From assembly GCA_000004985.1 (NCBI GenBank), contig GG738862.1: 64,000 nt of DNA, one strand, 5' to 3'. This DNA comes from Naegleria gruberi. Lineage: Eukaryota. The position numbers and the translations under genes are program-made. Shown here piece after piece: positions 55,486 through 64,000 of this stretch (positions are counted from its first letter, which is position 1; each line of letters starts with the position of its first letter). Under the pieces are notes generated by a model. It saw nothing but the letters and a program-made list of their open reading frames with translations. It was not told the DNA's origin and did no database searches.

Positions 55486-57222
55486 CTACGTTGTGAGAAA
55501 ATGTGAATAAATGACATGCAACTGTCTGGATGTATCAGAATTTTCAAATTGTGGAATTGTTGTTTCATAATCTCGTAGATAAATTATCTTATTGTCAGAA
55601 TCGGTTTTTTGCTTCTTTTCTGGCATACCTAAATTCTTCTTGGAACCAATAACAATATCTCTTCTATTGAGTTTGGTTATGAAAAGACGAATATCAATAA
55701 GTGTAGACCAATAGAGTCCTAGGGATGGTCTAGTAATTTCACTTGGTGTTACTCTAAAGTAAGATCTCACTTTTGAAATGTCTCCAATCATAAAATCATC
55801 CTCATCATTATCCTCTTCTTCATCTCTATGTATTTCCTTAGGCATATTATAAATGTATGAACTATGAGCTTCTTCATTATTAAGACTTTCATTTCTATGA
55901 GATTGATGATATCTTTTCGTAGCTTCATTTTCTTCTTGGAAGAATGATGTTACTTGATTCAAAACTACAAATAATACTCTATATTTGGTTGCTAAATATT
56001 TCATGGCTTGTATCTGATTCTGTAAAGATCCAGCTCTTTCTATTGTTGAATTGGCAGATGAATCTCTATACAGCATACCCATAGAATCCAATACAACAAC
56101 CTTTATACCTCTCTTTTCAATTTCATTCTCCAACATGGTCATTGAGTGATGATTCTTTCTAACCAATACTTCATCTAATTCTTCTTTAGTCACAACCTTT
56201 TTCTGTATTATATTATCTAAAAGGTATGATGTTTCAATAGTCTTGTCAATATTATGTTGTTTGTAATACTCATTACATTGTCTAGCTCTGGCTTGTGCCA
56301 TTTCATCCAATCTCTCTACAGGATTTTGTTCAGAAAATAAATAAATAGATTTAGAATTTAAACCTCCAAATTCTTCTGGTAAAACTGATTGTAAACATAA
56401 TTGGAGAGCTAATTGAGTTTTACCACTACCTGCCACACCTGATAATTCAACAACAAATCCTCCACTTGTTTCCTTGAAAGGAATTCCAAAGATGCAATCC
56501 TTCTTACTTATTGGTGTTTCGAATAGTGAATCTAGTACTTCGTCTCCAAGTGATAAAAATTTTGGTTTTGAATTTGTATCATTTTGAATTTCTAAAAGTG
56601 ATCTAGGTGCTCTCAATAAAACCTGTTGTGCAATATCATGGAATATAATATCGACATGCTCAGATATGAATCCTTTGTGTTTAACAGGTAATGATTGAAG
56701 ATGATGTAAAAATTCTCTTTTGAAATTTTCTCTATCAATGCAATATTTTGACAAAAAAGTGAATAAATATATACAATTCATAGCTCGGAAGGTTAATTTT
56801 AACTGTTCTAGTGTTGGAAATGGTACATAGAATTGATCATTATTTTCATCTACAAAAGCTAAAGGAGGGAGTGGATAATCTGTATCAAAGAATGATTGTA
56901 AAATTTCCAAAATTGTTTTGTTTTGTACTTCTGATGAAAATCCATCTTGATAATCGTAATTATTTCTTGTTTCATTTGTATAATCATCATAGGTTTCCTC
57001 TTCCACAGATTCTTGTAATTCCTTGGTATCAGATTTTTCCAATTCCTCATCCTCCAACAATTGTTCTAATAATTCGTCATCGATCATTTCATCCCTATTT
57101 AACATTGCTAATGCAGATTCTTCTTCTGTTGTGGTAGTAGAAACTTGTTTGGTATTTTCTTCTTCACCACCCTCGTCTTCAATAATATTTGGTGATTCGG
57201 GAACACTCTCCATAGAGGACAT
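55486..57222 (-). CDS. XRCC3: RAD51 paralogue, XRCC3-like, with an acidic N-terminal extension
   Basis: [53 protein letters not shown] compares with human XRCC3 [54 protein letters not shown]. Walker B-like segments are [12 protein letters not shown] and VLFVVLNQV. Confidence 0.7.
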   Translation of the reverse strand: [578 protein letters not shown]

Positions 57223-57463
57223 GATGAAAGGCTTGTTTTCTTGGAGCTATTTTTTTATGTGATTTGGTTATTTTAATTTCCATCAAAAATTGGAAAATAA
57301 TAACTGTCAAGTTTTCTTAAGAGAACAGTCCAACTTGAATATTGAAGAACAAAATATTCTTGTTTGTTAAGTATTAAATTAACTTTTTGATAAGGCTTGA
57401 TGATGTTTATGTTCGTTAAAAGTTTTCCCGCTCTTTTTTAAATTAAATAAAAATCATAAAAAA

Positions 57464-59278
57464 ATGTTCAATAACAACACTTCTCGATCTTTTGTATATA
57501 ATAACAATAATCAGGACTTACTATTCGGTGGTGGTGGAAATAATCAAGTATCATCATATTTGAATAGGAATGAACCTACAAGAGAGTCATTGAATAACAG
57601 TATTATGAAATCTAATTCCAATAATAATAGTATGCTTGGTGGTGGTAATAATTTGAGACAATCACTGGGAGGAAATAATAATTATTTATCAATGTTCCAT
57701 GATGATGATGATGAAGATGTATTTGATACAGCAGGTATTAACTCTCAACCTATGATGAGTAATAATTCCTTCTTAAATTCGGGACAACATAATGTTTTAA
57801 ATAATACAATGAATAATAATAACAATTTGGATAATAGTAAATTAAATAATAGTAGATTTACTCATCAGACATCTAATTTTAATAACACTAGCAAATCCTC
57901 AATGTATGGTGGTGGCCTACCATCTTCTCAACCTTTTGCTAATACATCCTTCAAATCTTATTCAATGAACAAACCTACTGGTATCTTTTTATCAAATAGA
58001 GAACAATTACCTCAATGTATGGAATATATCAACAATAAGATTAGTAACACTATGGCTTTATTGCCTTTAATGTCATTTTATAGTGAGGCTAATGCTATGA
58101 ATTCATTTAGATTGGATTTTAATAACTCTGATAATGATATTTTTGTTGTGAATGTACTTTATTACCTTTTAAAGGAAAGAGAAGATGATTCAGCTTCAAA
58201 AGTTACATTACAAGACAAAGTTAAAAGATTACAATGTGATCAAAGTGCTCTTCAGTTGAATAATAACAAATTGGAACAAAAAATTGTTGAACTACAAAAA
58301 CTTTACAACCTCGAACAACAAAAACATACAACACTTCAAAAGGAATCAAGAATGAAATTGAAAAAATTGGAAACAGCAAAAACAGCTTTGGAATCTCAAA
58401 ATAAGAATATTCAACAAAAGTGTGATCAATATGAACACAATCTGATAAAAATGGAAAAGGAAATGGATAAATTAAAGCAACAAATGACACACAAATTGAA
58501 TATGCTTCTCAATATGAATTTATATGGAAGTAATTTAAATTCAAGCAAAGTAGATGTAATTAATCAAACAAATCATCCTGCAATTTCATCACCAGCCATA
58601 ACACTTTCACCACATCATAACAAATCTTTTGCTTGGAAACATGGTTTGGAAAGAAATGAAGATATTCTCTATCAAAATGTAGTTGAAGCATTTAAAGATG
58701 AAAAACAAGAAATTCTTGCAGAGAATCAACAACTCAAGAGGTCATTAAAACAATTGAATGGAGAGTTGAATAATTTGAGACAACAGTACTCAATAACAGC
58801 ACCTCTATTTGATAGTCTTAAAGATGGGCAATTCGAGTTACCATACCATCTTGCCCAAGAAGAAATTGAATCAGCCATTAGAGATAAGATTCAAGATATA
58901 AGTAATATTATGGGAAAGTCTTCGCATTTAGGAGGTGGAGGAGGCATGCACAGTTTAGATGCTGATGTTGATGATATTGACTTGACTGATCCTGTTTCTG
59001 TTAAAATAGCATTAGACTCATTGAGGAATCAGTGCAATGAATATAGGAGACAATTAAATTCGAGACTAGAACATTACCCCTTCCAACACACATTTTCAAC
59101 AGCATCATTGGGTCAAAATAGGAGTGAATCATCGCCGACCTTCCCAACCAACATTCCAAGATTACACACTGATGACCAAAATCTTGAACAATTAATGTTA
59201 GACACTAATGAAATTCCACTCGATGAAGATGTGGCAGTTTCTGCACATAGTATAACTACAAACTATAATTTCCTCTAG
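57464..59278 (+). CDS. Hypothetical N-rich coiled-coil protein
   Basis: The central section 58200-58500 encodes heptad-like KLEQKIVELQKLYNLEQQK... The family was not recognised. Confidence 0.3.
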   Translation: MFNNNTSRSFVYNNNNQDLLFGGGGNNQVSSYLNRNEPTRESLNNSIMKSNSNNNSMLGGGNNLRQSLGGNNNYLSMFHDDDDEDVFDTAGINSQPMMSNNSFLNSGQHNVLNNTMNNNNNLDNSKLNNSRFTHQTSNFNNTSKSSMYGGGLPSSQPFANTSFKSYSMNKPTGIFLSNREQLPQCMEYINNKISNTMALLPLMSFYSEANAMNSFRLDFNNSDNDIFVVNVLYYLLKEREDDSASKVTLQDKVKRLQCDQSALQLNNNKLEQKIVELQKLYNLEQQKHTTLQKESRMKLKKLETAKTALESQNKNIQQKCDQYEHNLIKMEKEMDKLKQQMTHKLNMLLNMNLYGSNLNSSKVDVINQTNHPAISSPAITLSPHHNKSFAWKHGLERNEDILYQNVVEAFKDEKQEILAENQQLKRSLKQLNGELNNLRQQYSITAPLFDSLKDGQFELPYHLAQEEIESAIRDKIQDISNIMGKSSHLGGGGGMHSLDADVDDIDLTDPVSVKIALDSLRNQCNEYRRQLNSRLEHYPFQHTFSTASLGQNRSESSPTFPTNIPRLHTDDQNLEQLMLDTNEIPLDEDVAVSAHSITTNYNFL

Positions 59279-59335
59279 CTTACTAACTTGAAAACTAATC
59301 TAACGAACAAGTGAATCAAATAATTTTCACTAACT

Positions 59336-60610
59336 TTATTTCTTTAATTCATATTGATTGTCATAGTAATAAATTTCCTGTCTTGGATAATTAGAAGTTG
59401 GTTTTTCCACTTGAATTCTAACATGTCTTAAAAGATAGACTAAATATCCTATTATTGAAACAACTACAAATGTTAAATATTTTCTCTTATTTGGTAAGGC
59501 TGGAACAAGTTGATGTGTTGTTGATCTTTTAGTATTTAAATTTTGAATTGGTGTAATATTATTAACCATAGAAGAAGAATCATGTGATTTTGATGATAAA
59601 TTATTTTGATATTGAATGAAATATTGATTTGATTCATAAATGAATTCATCATGTATAGTACTTAACCATCTCTTCAAATTTGGATATCTATTAAAAATTT
59701 TAGTTACTAAATTATTTTCTAATGAATCGTTTGAATTAGATTTTACAATAGAAATAGATGTATGATAAATTGTACTCAAATATCCATATACAATTGTATC
59801 TAATGTGGAAGGATTATGTCCATAAAAATACTTGTTATCACTTCCTAATAACATATTTAAAGAATCCAAACATTCAATAAATAATTTAACACTAATTTTT
59901 TCGTCATGAGTTATTAAACCTAAATGATTCATTGTTTCTTCATCTAAATTTTTAAAAGTTTTACTTGATATTAAATTTTTATAAAGTTGAACATGTTTGT
60001 TTCTATCAGAATAAGTATGAATCCATCTAGAAATAACAGACATGTTACTAAAATATAAACTTTTTGTATAGGATTTGAAAATATCATCTCTATTCCAAAA
60101 GTAATGTAAATAAAAAGGTAAACATTTTTCATGTACAATATTAATAAAAGCTTCAATTTCTGTTTGAATTTGTTGTAAACTTGTTGAAGTATTTTCATTC
60201 AATGTCAAATTTGAATCTAAATTTTCTCCTTTACTTTTTAAGTAATTTAAAATTTCATTCATTCCATAAATTACAACGTTATTTTCACTATAAGAATGAA
60301 CAAGTATTGGAAAATGAATATCGTTAGATGAAATATGATTAGCATAAATAGATGATAATATACATGATGGTTCCATAATCTTAATTTTATATTTAATATT
60401 AGAAAATACCAAATAGGCATTAATTATTGTTGAATAAATATCAATATTAAACAAATGTTCGTTATCACTTGTTTTATTATTTAATAAATCCGAATAACTA
60501 ATATATAATGTAATAGAATTTTCTTCTCTATCCGATGATGATGAATCGGCTACCATTTGATGATGCGAATAGGAGGAGGAAGAACCACCATGTTGTTGAT
60601 GATAAAACAT
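59336..60610 (-). CDS. Metaxin-like GST-fold protein with a C-terminal tail anchor (mitochondrial outer-membrane SAM/TOB-associated?)
   Basis: LDSNLTLNENTSTSLQQIQTEIEAFINIVHEKCLPFYLHYFWNRDDIFKSYTKSLY follows the metaxin pattern L..L..KL.P.L.H.FW.D..N....T...Y. A C-terminal hydrophobic segment LTFVVVSIIGYLVYLL is present. Confidence 0.4.
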   Translation of the reverse strand: MFYHQQHGGSSSSYSHHQMVADSSSSDREENSITLYISYSDLLNNKTSDNEHLFNIDIYSTIINAYLVFSNIKYKIKIMEPSCILSSIYANHISSNDIHFPILVHSYSENNVVIYGMNEILNYLKSKGENLDSNLTLNENTSTSLQQIQTEIEAFINIVHEKCLPFYLHYFWNRDDIFKSYTKSLYFSNMSVISRWIHTYSDRNKHVQLYKNLISSKTFKNLDEETMNHLGLITHDEKISVKLFIECLDSLNMLLGSDNKYFYGHNPSTLDTIVYGYLSTIYHTSISIVKSNSNDSLENNLVTKIFNRYPNLKRWLSTIHDEFIYESNQYFIQYQNNLSSKSHDSSSMVNNITPIQNLNTKRSTTHQLVPALPNKRKYLTFVVVSIIGYLVYLLRHVRIQVEKPTSNYPRQEIYYYDNQYELKK

Positions 60611-60735
60611 TTTTTTTAAAAAGGCTTTTCACCACTAAAATCAAAGCCTTGTTTTTAGCATGCTTCTCTTTGGAAAGCCTTTATTCAATCAATTTATGAA
60701 GGCTGTTTGGTTGTTGAGGTTTGAAATTGAAAAAA

Positions 60736-61734
60736 TGCCACCATCGGATTCTGCAGTTTTTAAATTTAATTTCATGGTTAATGATAATGATAGTGATGAT
60801 GATGATGACGAGAATAATTCATCGGAAGAGAGTAAATTTGCTCCAACCATTGAAAAGAATGAAGAAATGAAGGATAATGTAGAATTGGAACCATTTAAAA
60901 TCATTAATTACAAAGATTTAAATACAAGAAAACAATATAATGAACATGTTCATACTTGGAAACATTTAAAATTTATTAATGTTACATCAATTATTTCAAA
61001 TCATGTTTCTCAACAATTAAATACAGATTTAGTTAAATATAAGTATGAAGGTGGATTTAAATTATGGGAATGTTCGGAAGATTTAGTTGAATTTATGACA
61101 AGTAATTTGAATTTTGTTGAAGAAAATGTAAAGAATAAGAATATATTAGAATTAGGATGTGGTCATTCTTTACCTTCTATTCATTGTTTATTATATTGTA
61201 ATGCAAATATTTGTGCTTTTCAAGATTATGTATGTTTTTTAATATTATTCCATATTGTAATATTAATATTAATAATATTAATAGAATCATGATGTTATTG
61301 AAAATTTAACAATACCTAATATTATAGTAAATTTGAATGATGAAAAACTTTTAGATAAAACAATGGAAAGATGTGAATTTTATTCTGGTGATTGGGGTTT
61401 CATGTCTGAACAACAATTGAACAAATTTGATTTAATTTTAATGAGTGATACTATTTATCATGTTGATTCCTATGATAGATTATATAGAGCTATTAAATCA
61501 TCTTTAAAGAAGGGTGGAAAAGTGTATGTTTTTTATTGTAATATTAATAATTTATTGTAATGATATAGATTGTGTGGAGCTAAATCATATTATTTTGGAT
61601 GTGGTGGAAGTACTAAACAATTTAAGGAATTTATTCAACAAAAAGAAGGTTCCAATGTAAAGATTGAAACTGTTAAGGATATTATGGATGGAACTTCAAA
61701 TGTTCGTGAAATTTTACTTTTTACTTTCAATTAA
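60736..61734 (+). CDS. METTL18: METTL18/Hpm1-like protein-histidine methyltransferase with three exons: 60736..61229, 61285..61537 and 61580..61734. The introns are 55 nt and 42 nt.
   Basis: FKFNFMVND (compare FQFNF). YEGGFKLWECSEDLVEF (compare YEGGLKIWECTFDLLAYF). Motif I ILELGCGHSLPS. Splicing gives FQDY|NHDVIENLTIPNIIVNL (compare FQDYN..VIE..TLPNVVAN), FYSGDWGF and FDLILMSDTIY (compare YDLILTSETIY). The third exon gives KSYYFGCGGSTKQFKEF (compare AHYFGVGGGVHLFQKF). Intron 1 is GTATGT...AATAG and intron 2 is GTAATA...GGAG. Confidence 0.6.
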
Positions 61735-61855
61735 AAGAAAATACATTTCAATTATTTAGTATCTGTTTTTGCTGCAAGTAGATTATTCCTTTCGCATACT
61801 TTCTCATACTGGCATTGAACTCTGATAGTCACGAACTTATGATTGAATATAAGAA

Positions 61856-61926
61856 GCGTCGATGGTTTAGTGGTAGAATACGGCGTTGCCATCGCCGTGA
61901 CCCGGGTTCAATTCCCGGTCGACGCA
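61856..61926 (+). tRNA. tRNA-Gly (anticodon GCC)
   Basis: GCGTCGA-TG-GTTTAGTGGTAGAAT-ACGGCG-TTGCCAT-CGCCGT-GAC-CCGGG-TTCAATT-CCCGG-TCGACGC-A. The 7-bp acceptor stem, T-loop GTTCAATTC and anticodon loop TTGCCAT closely resemble eukaryotic tRNA-Gly-GCC. Confidence 0.9.
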
Positions 61927-62129
61927 TTCAGAATTAATTTTTACTTTTATCTCTCACAATAAATTATTAAAATTTTTATTTTAAAAACTATACATTCACA
62001 TCTACCAGAAACTCAATTTTTACATCTTCAATCGTTATATTCATTGAATAAATCATCAAAGTTTTGACCCCATTTTTTAATAAATATTAAAAAAAATAAA
62101 ATTCTAATTTTAAAAATAAAAAAATAAAA

Positions 62130-63398
62130 ATGATATCATCCAAACAACAAGCAATTTCATCATCTATTAATGAACAACAACAGCAATTTGTCGATCATTT
62201 AGCATCATTAGATTATGATCCGAGCAGAGAAATACATTCATCTATTAGTTCTCACAATAACAAACAAGATAATGAATATCATGATGATCAAACATTGTTA
62301 TCTGATCTTCCACCGGAAATAATTTCATCAATATTTAGTTTTATTCCATTATTTTCATCAACAACAATGACATCCAATCTAGATTTGATGGATAATTGGC
62401 AAAATGAAGAAAAACAAAATTCAACCATTTCATCAATTTTATCAAGTTGTAAATTATTTAAATTATTAATAGAACAAGAATGGAATAATAAATTGGATAG
62501 AAATGTATATATTCAAACAAAAAAGGAAAATTATGAATTTTCACAATTAAAAATACAATTACAATATTATGAAAAATATTATGGAAGTTTATTTGATAAA
62601 AAATCTAGAATGGTACCAATAATGAGAATTATAATTATTTTATTATGTTTATTTGGTTTTTATGATTTTAATTTTTCAATTCAATTTATGTATATTCCCT
62701 TTTTTATACATATAATACCATTTACTGTATATTCCTTAATTGGGTATTGGAAATATAAAAGAAGATTTACAACATTTCCATTAAGATTAAGTTTAAATCA
62801 TTTAGCTAGTTCACAGATTATGTATTTATCTTTAATCAGTTTTACAATTTCATATGTTACATTATTCTATGGTGGAGTTTATTATAAATTGAATTATTTA
62901 AATAATACAAATATAGAAAATACTATTCATGGAAATTATATTTATTTTAAATATGAAATATATGTTGGATTAATAATTAGTATTTTAATTGGAATTTCTT
63001 TATTAGATGTTTGTTTAATTGCTATTAGAAAATATTCCAAAACTAGACATTTTTTATTACTATTAATAGTTATATTACCATTGTTATTATTTTATTCATG
63101 TATTATAATTGGTAAATTTATTACATTTTCATATATTATACTTTCTATTTTTTGTATAACAGCAACTATTGCATTAATATATTTAGAAAGTCAAAAAAAG
63201 GAAAAATTATTATCATTATTTTGTATTTTATCATTTTTATGTATTTTAATTTATTTAATTTTCAATTCATTACCATATTTTGAATATGTTATTATTATAT
63301 CACAATTATTATTTAAATTCTATGTTGGTTATTATGGAAAAAATAATGAATTTGAATGTTACTGTGAAAATTGTAAATATAAAGTTGTACATTTATAG
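62130..63398 (+). CDS. Polytopic membrane protein (about 7 TM segments) with an N-terminal F-box-like motif
   Basis: LSDLPPEIISSIFSFIP is F-box-like. Multiple hydrophobic helices follow (IMRIIIILLCLFGFY, FIHIIPFTVYSLIGYW, IMYLSLISFTISYVTLFYG, VGLIISILIGISLLDVCLIAI, FLLLLIVILPLLLFYSCIIIG, ILSIFCITATIALIYL, LSLFCILSFLCILIYLIF). Confidence 0.35.
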   Translation: MISSKQQAISSSINEQQQQFVDHLASLDYDPSREIHSSISSHNNKQDNEYHDDQTLLSDLPPEIISSIFSFIPLFSSTTMTSNLDLMDNWQNEEKQNSTISSILSSCKLFKLLIEQEWNNKLDRNVYIQTKKENYEFSQLKIQLQYYEKYYGSLFDKKSRMVPIMRIIIILLCLFGFYDFNFSIQFMYIPFFIHIIPFTVYSLIGYWKYKRRFTTFPLRLSLNHLASSQIMYLSLISFTISYVTLFYGGVYYKLNYLNNTNIENTIHGNYIYFKYEIYVGLIISILIGISLLDVCLIAIRKYSKTRHFLLLLIVILPLLLFYSCIIIGKFITFSYIILSIFCITATIALIYLESQKKEKLLSLFCILSFLCILIYLIFNSLPYFEYVIIISQLLFKFYVGYYGKNNEFECYCENCKYKVVHL

Positions 63399-63679
63399 AA
63401 TTTTATTAAAATATATATATGGAAAGTTCACCGATTTGTTTTTTTCAAAATGTTGGAAACTCTAACACAACAAATAAATTCCTGCGAGGTCCTAACAAAA
63501 GTGATTGTACGAAACTTTAAATGCAATCGAAAAATCCATTCAGCAACCTAAATTTGAAACGTTACAGACATTCTTAAAATTGTAACTCGCTAGAAACGGT
63601 TATGCATGAGTTTGATGTAAATCACTCATTTCAAATATTTGAGAAACTAAGAATTGAGATAAGAATGAAATATATTGAA

Positions 63680-64000
63680 TTAAAATTTGTAGTACTCTTT
63701 CACTAATTGTGTAACAATATTTTGGAGCTCATTGTAAAAACCAACAAAGAAATGATCAGATCCATCCATAGGAATTAGTTCATGAGAAAATTTAGAACCA
63801 AGATTCTTTTCCTTAACTTGATTTTTGAAAAATTCGTGGAATTGTTGAGAATCTGAGAATGGAATCATTGAATCTCTATCACCATGTATTGAGTAGACAC
63901 GCAATGGATAATTTTCTTGTAATTGAATCTTGGTATCGACCTTCCCACGTTCTTCAAGAGCTTGCTTTGTAACATAAAGCTCTTTAATAATATCAGTTGA
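63680..64000 (-). CDS. C-terminal part of an alpha/beta-hydrolase-like protein. The gene continues beyond the window end.
   Basis: The minus-strand frame is open from 64000 down to the stop at 63680. ...YSIHGDRDSMIPFSDSQQFHEFF resembles the HGxxDxxVP C-terminal catalytic-His region of esterase/thioesterase-type hydrolases. Confidence 0.3.
   Translation of the reverse strand, partial: STDIIKELYVTKQALEERGKVDTKIQLQENYPLRVYSIHGDRDSMIPFSDSQQFHEFFKNQVKEKNLGSKFSHELIPMDGSDHFFVGFYNELQNIVTQLVKEYYKF

Noticed and set aside
61740-61855. Possible tRNA-targeted retroelement upstream of tRNA-Gly
   Set aside because: Nothing LTR/TRE-like (no repeats, no RT ORF) is visible in the 300 bp either side.

Overview
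This 64-kb window is nuclear DNA from an AT-rich, asparagine-repeat-rich protist. Evidence for a eukaryote: spliceosomal introns (GTATGT/GTAAGT...AG, 39-153 nt), the standard genetic code, poly-N/Q/S tracts and a nuclear tRNA-Gly. A Dzip1-like ciliary gene suggests a flagellated amoeba (heterolobosean- or amoebozoan-like) rather than Dictyostelium proper. Gene density is high, about 35 genes on both strands, with no prokaryotic operons, CRISPR or rRNA.

Genes identified from conserved motifs:
- a tandem array of five paralogous two-transmembrane proteins with a C-terminal RGS-like domain (1..10527)
- CYP51 sterol 14-demethylase
- dynactin p62 (DCTN4)
- an SPX-EXS (XPR1/SYG1-like) transporter
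- a divergent XRN-family exonuclease homologue
- a DEG/ENaC/ASIC-type channel split by one intron
- an RCC1+BTB protein interrupted by a 250-N assembly gap
- pyruvate phosphate dikinase (two exons)
- EF-hand proteins
- the DDX11/ChlR1 helicase
- MEMO1
- a Dzip1-like N-domain protein
- an HSPA12-like Hsp70
- a transglutaminase-like (KY) protein
- a divergent protein kinase
- XRCC3 (Rad51 paralogue)
- a metaxin-like GST-fold protein
- a METTL18/Hpm1-like methyltransferase (three exons)
- tRNA-Gly(GCC)

Most notable are the concerted-evolving receptor-like RGS array, the protist DEG/ENaC channel with an altered selectivity-filter motif, a 72-bp tandem LRR repeat with compensating frameshifts, and a duplicated gene-3'-end fragment. 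All calls rest on motif recognition from memory. No database search was run.
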